From NCBI GenBank assembly GCA_003614675.1, contig ML002226.1:50861-70860 (forward strand): 20,000 nucleotides of DNA, written 5' to 3'. How positions within the stretch are numbered: the first letter of the stretch is position 1; each line of letters starts with the position of its first letter. This document shows positions 1 to 9,388 of the stretch, piece after piece. Below the pieces are notes generated by a model. That model was not told where the DNA came from, searched no databases, and was given only the letters and a program-made list of their open reading frames with translations. Source of the stretch: Dimargaris cristalligena (lineage: Eukaryota). The translations under genes were made by a program, and so were the position numbers.

Positions 1-1883
1 ATATTCCGAAGGTATTTGATTTCGTATTTGTGGTGTTTGCGCAGGTAGAACAGACGCATTGACTGAGTGAGCAGGATAAAGCCGTAGCACCCGACAGCCG
101 TCAGAGCGTGCCACCAGCCGTGGAACTGCAGCACCACGGCCCATGGCATACCCACGGTGTGACGCAGCTCCTGCAGTGCCGAGCAAAAGGCGTTGTCCAG
201 GTTCCACATGGCGAACCCACTCAGAAAGGTGCAAGTGCTGAACCGCGCCAGTCGGGAAAGCTGGCGCTTGTATTCACCCTCGGGGATACGGCCCAGTAGC
301 TGGACGATACGCAGTAGGATGACCACCATCTCCAAGCCGTAGGCTACTTGGTGGAACACGGGGTTGGGGCTTGAGATGTACGTGAAGGTGACGAAGACGC
401 AGTAGGCCAGCAGTCCGGCGATAAGTTTGGCATTGTATTTCCGGGTACTGTCCATCTCGATCCTGGTGGGTGAAATAAAGCAAGGGTATTAGAAATTGTG
501 GGTTTGCCGGTTAGTCATAGGGAGGAAACTCGGATCATCAGCCCAGGGATCAGGTAATTGGGGGCCTCCTCTATAGGCAATTTAACTTACAAGGCGTAGA
601 GGCAAATACAAGTGGCGTAGATCACTATAGGGCAGGCGGGATAAAGAATACAGTATGGCTGGGGTTAGTGGTACATCCTTCGGCTACCAGTTAACATGGA
701 AAATTTGAGGCACCCAACAAAGTAGGGGCGAAGCAAAGGCGTTTGTTCCGAGGGTTAGGGCCAGGGTACTTACTAGGTAATTCGTCCATCAACTGCATCT
801 CGAAATGCAGGGTGGTGTGGAACAGACAGCTAGGCATCGAATAATGCGGCAGATAAGGATAGAAAGCAATCGAGTTAGTGTCAGGGAATGGGGTAGGTGT
901 TAGTGCATCCGCTCCGAAGTTTGTACTAAGAAGGATTGCGGACTAATGGGTTGAGAAGGCAGCCTAAAAAAATAGATATCCAGGGGGAGGGGTGTACCTT
1001 ACCTGCCAATTCCCACCAGTAGCATCCCGGCGTAGCACACGGCGAAGCGGGTTTCCATTTGGTATTTGCGAATAAAATAGATCCCGAGAGCGGCCAGGCC
1101 GACTGTTAGAAAGCGGAATGAGGATGGTACATATCATTAGGGGCGATTAGTATGGCGATGTCTGACCACACAAGCAGGTTTAATGAGCAGGAAATCAATA
1201 AATTAGAATAGAATAGATAAACAGGGAATACCCCCAAAGGGGGTCTCTCTGACGCAGGGGCGGGTAAAATGAACTTACGGTAGCAAGTGTTGGTCATGGT
1301 GTTCCAAAACTCGGCTACATAGGGGCTGGTCAGGTAGTTCTCCTGAAGGTATTCGGGGAGGGATGATAATCATTAAGGGGAACAGATGTTGAAGGAGCTT
1401 GGGTTTAGATTCTACATGTAGCTTTAGTGAATGGGTGATTAGCACCAGAATAACACGCCATGAATGATAATCCCGCCGATATGAATACGGTCCCAAATCA
1501 GCCAATTACTACTTACCTCACACCAATCAAGAGTAGACGTTCTGGGGGGAATAGATAGATATAAGCAATAAATATGGAAAGAAAGAGCGGATTGATTAAA
1601 CAAGAGAATGAGAGATATATAAGTAGATAGATAAAAATGGCGGGAATGCTTAAAACAAAGAGTATATGCGCATACAAGCGCCTTCCATGATACCCCGATT
1701 CACTTTATTCATACTGGTCTGGTCAGAACCATAGCCAATACTAACTGCCTAGAGTCGATAAAGTACAGTTCGCGAAGTAGACCCTACAGGTACTTACGGT
1801 GGGCCCCAGTATTGCAGGGGAGGGTCCTCGAGGAAAACGGCAGGGCCCTCGGGGGCGGCCTGGAAGGAATCGTTGGGGTTCAT
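1..1883 (-). CDS. Alkaline (phyto)ceramidase, YPC1/YDC1/ACER3 family; 3' end runs off the window start. Exons: 1883-1798, 1541-1517, 1342-1279, 1102-1003, 829-774, 624-591, 462-<1
   Basis: Joining GT-AG-bounded exons gives one open frame with family motifs YWGPPTSTLDWCEENY..AEFWNT, GIGSCLFHTTL..MQLMDELPMIY, PVFHQVAYG, GFAMWNLDNAFC and QFHGWWHALT. Exon phases are all consistent; start context GCACC-ATG. Confidence 0.93.
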
Positions 1884-3080
1884 GGTGCCGGGAGCAATCA
1901 AGTAGGGATGCTGGAAGCGAATGGGGGTACTAGAGCAAACCAGGCTAAGCCAAACACGGAGAGAATGGGGGGAAGAAAAGGTGGAAATCAGGCGGAACCA
2001 AGGGCCAAGTAAAAAACTACGCGAGGGTGGGGAAAGAGAACGAAGGAGAAAGAAGAGGAGAAGAAGAGGCAGGGAAGGTAATCCGAATAAGTAAGTGGGT
2101 AACTGGAGATGCGTCGACTACCACAGGAGGGGAGAAGGGGGAATAGACAAGGGGCAAAAGGACGACTATTAACTAAACCAACCACCCTTTCTTAGAATTG
2201 GGCTGCTATATCTTACCTGTTGTGTAGAAAAGGCTGTGGGCGGGTTTTGGATACCACCGGGTTAAACTATGCGGTGAAAAGTGGGTGGGAGTTTTATACG
2301 CTTCGGACTAAGGTAAGACAAAACCCCGGGTTCCTGGATAAACTTGCAGGGGCCGTGCAGTAAATAAGTAAGTATTATAGTGTACTCTATATATCACGTC
2401 TGGTCTCTCTTTGTTCAGTGACCACGCAAAACCCCCGAAAAAAATGGATCCCAATCGACGAGCGTGTGTGTTAGGGGTTCACTCCTCCACTGGAATGGAT
2501 ATATAAATAGCAGGGTCTGTTCAAACTAAAAATCATACAACTGTGGAATCACAAACAACCATCAACACTGCTCAAAAAGCCACCATGCAGCCAAAAAAGG
2601 GGGAATGGGGGTTGGTAAACGAAAACTAGTAGAAAGGTCCGGACGCGCTAGCAGGGGCTGAATACAAATATATATATAATGTAGATGTGAAATAGGAAGG
2701 AATTGCAAGTAAAGGCATCGGTGAGAGATTATCCATTGAGCTGGCCCACGTAATCATCTATGACGACGACTCACTTTCCTATTGTTCAATGGGGGTTTTT
2801 CCTCGGATGTCTTTCTCACATTTAGGTATGTGTCCTTTTTCTTATATGTATATAGAGTGGTTTGGTGGAATTAGGGGCCATTGGCCAATAAACAAACACC
2901 CTTCCTAACCTCCGGTTCTTGGCGGCGATACTCCGGACCCCATGTTGCTAAATGACGAGGCACATGTGCCATTATCATCTACAAATCACTGAAATGCACC
3001 AGCTGATTCCGGCGAAGGGACAATGTTCTTCTTATTTTATATGATGGAAAGCAATTCGTTAGCCGAGTAATTTGATATTT

Positions 3081-3230
3081 ATATGGGTGGAATTCAGTGC
3101 AGATGTATAAGGTTTTGAATAATACGCGTATGGGAAAATACATGAGAGATCCATTATTAACCAGTGGTTTTTTGCCTCATCCAACGGATTTATATCCGTT
3201 ATACAGTCTGGTTGAACCTTTTTCCCATAT
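3081..3230. mobile_element. MITE-like terminal-inverted-repeat element, copy 1
   Basis: ~30-bp imperfect TIRs (ATATGGG...TGTATAA / TTATACA...CCCATAT); aligns by eye along its length with 3403-3546 and the reverse complement of 13751-13895. Confidence 0.75.
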
Positions 3231-3402
3231 ATATCCCACTGCTAGGAGAGGCATCCTCTACGGTACTCACCCAGCCACGTCACGTGATAATTAAATTACC
3301 GATAAAATAGGCACCTTAAACTATATGGCTTAAATCGGAGGGGTGCATAATACCAGCAGCTGTAGTATAGTGGTGCACGGTCTTAGTGGAAGTGCCACTT
3401 TA

Positions 3403-3546
3403 ATATGGGTGAAGTTCAGCTTGGTTGTATAGGGGTTTAACCGATATGTGTATGGGAAAATTGGTGGGATGTTTATTTTCAACCAACAGTATTTGCCTCA
3501 TCAAATGGATTTTTCGTTATACAGCCTTGTTGAACTACTCCCATAT
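3403..3546. mobile_element. MITE-like element, copy 2 (same orientation as copy 1)
   Basis: Same termini ATATGGG...CCCATAT and shared internal blocks GTATGGGAAAAT, TTTGCCTCATC, CGTTATACAG and GTTGAAC. Confidence 0.72.
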
Positions 3547-4009
3547 CCAAGATTGTTTCACTCATAGCAATACAGGAGAGTTCAGCCGTAAAAGACAACT
3601 CGACACATGTTGAATAGACTGGACTCTACTGGATAATAGCGAATTCCCCTATTGCTTATAGTTTCAAAGCCTCCTTCCTATACGACTATACAGCTATACT
3701 GGACTGCGCTATTCCTAACCAACACCCAGTAACATCATCATCACCCCCACTGGAAGAATATCCCACCACGGGGATATATCTTACACTAAAATTGGCACTC
3801 CTGCTCCCCCAACCTAGCCTCCCAAACCAAAATGGCACCCACCCACTAGAAAGACCAAGCGGAATCTCCCTCCCTATACCAATCCAGCTAATGGAGCCGA
3901 TTCGTTAATTATCTTCAACCCACTCATCGTGGATTCCACCCCCCATTCTCCGCCTATAATCAATCAATCCTTCCCTCTTTTATATTTTTTTATTTAATTA
4001 CCCGTCGCC

Positions 4010-4509
4010 ATGCCTCTTCCGTTTGAAGCCGTAGTCCCCTTCGCCATCATCGCCGGTCTCATTTCCGTAACCGGTTACGGCTTGATGGCCACCCAGCGTA
4101 TGGGCAATGCCGGCAAGGTAGGTTAGAACGCTCTTAGGATTGGCTATCAGGTCACTCCCACCAAATGGTCAACGGCCAACGATCGGGTGAAGTTCGTTCC
4201 TCCTCCCCAAAAACAGCCTACCGGAGTTGGTTTGTATCTTCACTCGCTGTTGTTTTTTACCCTCGCTCTCTACCTACTGGCCCTAACTCCCCCCCCCCGT
4301 GTTGTATATCCAACTCCTTACGTTTCACGCGCATCCCATTAATACCTGCCCTTGACTAGCCCCGCCGCCACGACGTCGGTGAGTGGGAACTGAAAATGAT
4401 GGAACGCGACCGCCGTCTAACCGGCAGCGCCAGTATTCAGAGCGACAACCCTATTGCGCCACCAGAGTTTGCCGTGAACAGCGTCTGGCATATCCACAAG
4501 AACATTTAG
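4010..4509 (+). CDS. NDUFA1: NADH:ubiquinone oxidoreductase subunit NDUFA1 (MWFE), 85 aa. Exons 4010-4117 and 4360-4509
   Basis: Spliced protein MPLPFEAVVPFAIIAG...GNAGKPRRHDVGEWELKMMERDRRLTG...QSDNPIAPPEFAVNSVW matches the fungal family pattern; phase-0 intron GTAGGT...TAG. Confidence 0.92.
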
Positions 4510-4915
4510 GCCGCTCCTTTTTCTCAGTCGACTCCTATTATCTTACCCAAAAGGCCACTCACTCCCCCACACAGTCCCTGAAGAAACTGCCTACTTTTTA
4601 CCTGTACCATATTCTTGGTCCGGCTAGTTTATCCCCGTGCCCTCAAGAATGGATCCCTTTTCAACTTATTGGCCTTTTATTACTATTACTTTCTTTTCAT
4701 TGCGTTGAATTTTACCCGCCGCGTATTTATATTTATAAAAGCCCTCTTACTTGACAGATGTTAACCAGTGTCGGTGCTTTAGTCTGGATTGCTCCTATTT
4801 TGGGTCTTTCCGGCGGCGATGCTTTATTTGGCCCTGAGAAAAAGGGGGCGGGCTATGTATATGGGTTATAGGCAGAAAATACTAAGCTGAGTGAGAGGGA
4901 TTTCAGATAATTTAT

Positions 4916-4923
4916 CACGTGAC
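4916..4923. promoter_or_regulatory. E-box of the Cbf1/USF type (TCACGTGAC) upstream of SRP40; a second GTCACGTGA lies near 3279-3287
   Basis: Exact motif match in intergenic DNA; function not shown. Confidence 0.3.
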
Positions 4924-5601
4924 TTAGTGTAGGACCAGACAGCTTCCCTTACGATTGATTGATTTTATTCGGAAAAGAGTGGCATAGGTAGATATAATAT
5001 AATAAACCATTTAAACTGGCGCAGTTCTTTGGTCAGCCTTTTTAGCAGCAGCACCACCACCACAACCTATGGAAAAAAAAACAGGAAAATACAGGAAATA
5101 ATAAAAAAAAAGCCAACCTCCTCCTCCTCTGCCAACCGTAAGGGATTCCTCTACCAACCCTTTGGCTGCAGGGCGTAAGTGCCGCCCAAGCAATAAGTGT
5201 GTGTGGTGGTGGCTTTCTACCCGCAAATACCCTTTCCAGTGTAGTCTCTTTAGCGTTTTCGTTGACTATACTACTGGGCAAAAAACCCACTTGGCTAGAC
5301 TAGACTAGAGCAAAGTGCCCTTCTCTTGATTCAGACATTGCTTCATCCCTTTACATATTCACTCCACCGACTCTCTTTTCTATCTATCTATCTACAGGTG
5401 AGTAGCAGCGACAATATAGTGCCGCCCTTGCTTACAACCATTTCCCCTTCGTTGGAAGCCTTTACCCCTGTGCCCGATCCTTTCCCTGCGCATTGGGATA
5501 GCTGACCTATTTAAACGGCCCTTTGCTTTTCTAACTGACCTTCCTTCTACATCAACTACCCCCTGCTTCAACACTCAGTCACCGACATAGACCGCCTCAC
5601 C

Positions 5602-7739
5602 ATGGACCAGAAAAAGTGGAATGCCCTTGACTCGACCAAAAAGGCCTTGTTGGTGCTCATCACCGAGTTCCTCGAGGCCAACCAGCTTCAGCTCACGGAC
5701 AGTCTCCAAAAATGCATTGCCAAGGAGTCCAAGGCCTCCGGCACCACCGACCTACTGAAGATCTACCGGGGTCACGTCGAAAGGTAGGCTATTCGATTCC
5801 TACTAGTCTAGATATCGGCGGGGAAAACGCGCTATTCTTTTGATTTAGCTCCTCCCCCTTCTCTCCATCTCCCCCGCTTACCGGGAAATTAGATAACCCA
5901 TAGCCAATCAAATCATTACACCCTCTTTAACTTAATGCCCTCCTAATTAATTATGCTTTTACTATTGATTCCATGCTTTACCTATTGGATTGTACTAGTC
6001 GCCACCAAAGTAAAGCCAGTGCACCCAAATCATCCTCCGACTCGAGCTCCAGTTCCAGCTCTGATTCTAGCTCCAGCTCAGACAGTAGTAGCAGCGGCTC
6101 CGATTCCAGCTCCAGCTCCAGCTCTAGCTCAGACTCCGATAGCGATGCCGAATCTGGGTCGGGCTCCAATAGTAGTTCGGATTCGGACTCGGATGCCGAG
6201 AAGAAGTCTGCTTCACTCAAGGCCATGGATGTTGATACCCCAGTAGTTGCCGCTGACACTAAGCAAGGCGGTGCTGCGAGCTCGTCCAGCTCCAGCTCTG
6301 ATTCCAGTTCTAGCTCCAGCTCCAGTTCTGATTCTAGCTCCAGCTCCAGTTCTGATTCTAGCTCGAGTTCCAGTTCCAGTTCCAGTTCCAGTTCCAGTTC
6401 CAGCTCCAGCAGCGACTCGGATTCCGACTCCAGTTCTGATGACGAGCCCGAAGCCGCCAAACCTAAAGTCGTCGCTATCGAGGTTGAACGCACCACAGTC
6501 ATCACTAAGGAAGCAGCTCGCCCCGACTCGAGCTTTAGTTCGAGCTCCAGCTCCAGCTCCGACTCAGAAGACGCCGATGATGAATCAGACGCACCTGCCG
6601 GTGCCAAAGCCGACTCGTCTTCATCTTCTGATTCGTCCGACTCCTCGGACTCTAGCTCTGACGAGTCCGAGGCTGAGGAATCTAAGCCCGTAGCCACTAA
6701 GCCGAAATCTTCCGACTCCTCTTCGTCCTCTTCATCCTCTTCTGACTCAAGCTCCGATTCTTCTTCGTCGTCATCGTCTTCTTCTTCTGATTCGAGTTCC
6801 GACGAGTCCAGTACTGAGGTCTCGAAGCCCGCCGCTACCAAGCCCGAGTCTTCGTCTTCCTCCTCCGACTCCTCTTCCTCCGACTCCAGTTCTGACGAGG
6901 CTGAGACCCAAGATTCTAAGCCCACCACTACCAAGGCCGAGTCTTCGTCCTCGTCCTCTTCTTCATCTTCTTCCTCGGACTCCAGCTCCGACGAGGCTGA
7001 GACCCAAGATTCTAAACCCGCCGCCACTAAGTCCGAGTCTTCCTCTTCGGATTCCAGTTCTGACGAGAACAAGGCTCGGGACTCTAAGCCCGTCGCCGCC
7101 AAGGCCGAGTCTTCATCGTCTTCCTCCTCTTCTTCTTCCTCGGGCTCCAGCTCTGACGAGGCCGATGCCAAGGATTCTAAACCCACCGCCACTAAGTCCT
7201 CTTCCTCGTCTTCATCCTCGTCCGAGAGCGAGGCTGAAAAGGCCGAGCCCAAGGCCGTTGCCGGTGAAAAGCGCAAGCAGCCCGATTCCGACAGTGCCAA
7301 GTCGGGCTTATCCTCGTCGAGCAATTCCGACGACAGTGACGATGATGATGAGGATGATACCGCCTCTCCTCCCCCCAAGAAGCGCCCCGTCTTTGGCCAA
7401 ACTTCCCAAACTCCCCAACCCCGGGGCAGCACTACTCCCCAGAGCCAGATCAGCCACGACGCCAAAACCAAGGCCGGAGGAGCCCGGACGACCCCGGGAC
7501 AGCGTTTCAGCCGCATTGACCCCAAAGACGTGGTCTTCCATGACCCCCGGCTGATGGATAACACCTTCACCAACAAGGGGGGCGCCGGCGGCTCTTATGG
7601 TGAGAAGGCCAATAATGATCTGATCGTAACCCGGGGCAAGCGTTTCACCGCCGAAAAGAACAAGAAGAAGCGTGGTGCGTACACCGGGGGCCGGATCGAC
7701 TTGGACTCGCATTCGATCAAGTTCTCCTACGACGAGTAA
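5602..7739 (+). CDS. SRP40: Nucleolar serine-rich phosphoprotein SRP40/Nopp140, ~640 aa. Exons 5602-5783 and 5999-7739
   Basis: LisH-like N-terminus (LLVLITEFLEANQL), alternating acidic poly-Ser and Lys/Pro/Ala blocks, and the SRP40 C-terminal domain (GQRFSRID...DNTF...YGEKANNDLIVTRGKRFTAEKNKKKRGAYTGGRID...SIKF). Phase-2 intron GTAGGC...TAG joins in frame. Confidence 0.94.
6030..7240 (+). repeat. Low-complexity coding repeats in SRP40: (TCCAGY)n, (TCY)n and ~110-130-nt modules encoding SSSDEAETQDSKP..TK.ES
   Basis: Direct repeats visible, e.g. GACGAGGCTGAGACCCAAGATTCTAA near 6894 and 6990. Confidence 0.85.
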
Positions 7740-8269
7740 ACTCTGCTTTATTCTATATTATTTTAGTATTTTTTTTATTTTAAAAAAATAGTTATTATTA
7801 GGCTGTGAATGATGTAGTTGGTGTGTGTGGTCTCCTCTATACACCATGCGGGGGGACCCACCAACCTTTAGCACTTCTCCATTTTTTGATCCACTTTGGC
7901 TATGATAAGCCCCCTTGATTTTTGAATACACTGCATGCCTCTCGGATATTATATTTTTCTTATTAGGGTTTTATCGTTCCTATTTTCCATTTTATTTTAT
8001 TATATTATGTAGGAGTAGCATGCTTCTCACGTAAACGCCATCTATTCATTACCTCTTCCCTTCTTTTATGCTATAAAAATGATGTTAATTTCGACTGTAT
8101 TTTCTTGCGTCGACTGCCTCCAAGTGTCTGGCTAGTTAGTGCCTTGGTTAGATCGACCTGTGTCGCACCTGGCCCTAGGGAAACTATGGAAGTGTGATTT
8201 AAAAGAGTATGAAGGGGGGAGGGTACTACCTTTGACTTATGGCTGGATTGGCGGGTAGGGTGACAGCAG

Positions 8270-8734
8270 CTAATGGGCGGTCTCGCCGAATAGGGGCCGT
8301 AGCATATCGGCTTCAACGGCCATTTCCTCCTCGGAGCGCGGTGGCCGTTCGGGGTTATCCACCCGGGCGACGGAACTCTTTTCCAGGTCCACATAGATAT
8401 CGTCGTTATTCGTCCAATCCCCGAAGCGGCGAGGGATGATATGGACATGGACGTGGGGGACGGTCTGGCCGGCCGCGGGGCCATCCTGGACGGCCAGGGT
8501 CAGGGACTCGCCCCGGAATTGGCGTTCAATCACGCGGCCGATGGTTTGGGCACTCTGAAACAGGTCGCTCACTTCGTCCGGGGTGAGGTCGGTGAAGCGG
8601 GGCACTAGGCGATGCGGAACGACGAGGACATGGCCCGGGGCAATGGGTTTGAGATTGACCAGGCCGTACGATAGAGCCGACCGGAAAAAGACCTGGCCGG
8701 GGCGGATAGTATGGGGGCCGAAGGTAATGGTCAT
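8270..8734 (-). CDS. HNT2: HIT-family dinucleoside polyphosphate hydrolase (Fhit/Hnt2/Aph1), 154 aa, intronless
   Basis: VNLKPIAPGHVLVVP, QDGPAAGQTVPHVHVHIIPR (histidine triad), NDDIY and RPPRSEEEMAVEA are Fhit-branch motifs. Start placed at MTITFG, where family similarity begins. Confidence 0.93.
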   Translation of the reverse strand: MTITFGPHTIRPGQVFFRSALSYGLVNLKPIAPGHVLVVPHRLVPRFTDLTPDEVSDLFQSAQTIGRVIERQFRGESLTLAVQDGPAAGQTVPHVHVHIIPRRFGDWTNNDDIYVDLEKSSVARVDNPERPPRSEEEMAVEADMLRPLFGETAH

Positions 8735-9388
8735 GACTGTGGTTGTGGTTGTGGTTATAGTTGTTGGAGCAAGTAGACGGAGGAAGTAATACGACTGGCT
8801 AACTAGGGGCATATATGGTACTTGACCTATATAACCTGGGCTGTGTGTAACAGCGGCTCTCTTAATAAAACTGTTCGTTCGGCTGGCAATTGTAGCAAGA
8901 AGGCGCTCTCGTTCACCCAAGTTAAGTTCCCTTATTATTGGTTTGTCTATAAGAAAGTCGGACCAATCAGCCTGAGTCGCCCGCATAACTGCGCCTTGAG
9001 AGGAGGGTTAGGGCGGGGTGACTCCCCTGCCCATTCGTTACCAACTGTCCGATTCTCTCTTACCCGCCCACTGCTGGGAAAGGGGAGAGAAAGGGCGGGT
9101 TTCGCTTAGGCTTACTTATCTTCCCGCCCACCTCACTCATAAGCATGGGTTGGGCCTATTAAGTCCAAGTCTGCGGGGTTCTGTTTTTTTTACACCTCGC
9201 TCGTCTAATTGAATCGGCATTGGCATTCTTTTTAACTTACTGTTCAGTTATTATTATTTTTGGTTAGTTTAACTCCATTTCATTAACACTATTTACTTAG
9301 GACCCAACATCCCTTTTCCTCTCGGTTGCTCAGTATTTGCCAGCATACATACTCTCCCACAAACAAATACCCTCTATCTAATCCCACC
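8735..9388. promoter_or_regulatory. Probable bidirectional promoter between the HIT gene and Nup2
   Basis: Head-to-head genes about 650 bp apart; CCAAT box (GACCAATCAG near 8961) and several GC boxes (GGGCGG near 9011 and 9093; CCCGCCC near 9063 and 9123). Confidence 0.5.

Noticed and set aside
1910-2216. Possible 5'-UTR intron of the ceramidase (minus-strand donor GTAAGA at 2216)
   Set aside because: No clear branch point or unique acceptor; cannot be supported without cDNA.
4383-4754. 123-aa ORF overlapping NDUFA1 exon 2
   Set aside because: Alternative frame of the real exon running into the 3' UTR, with a GTG start.
5978-7576. 532-aa antisense ORF (ELELES-rich) opposite SRP40
   Set aside because: Mirror of Ser/Asp codon repeats, which rarely produce antisense stops; no independent protein features.
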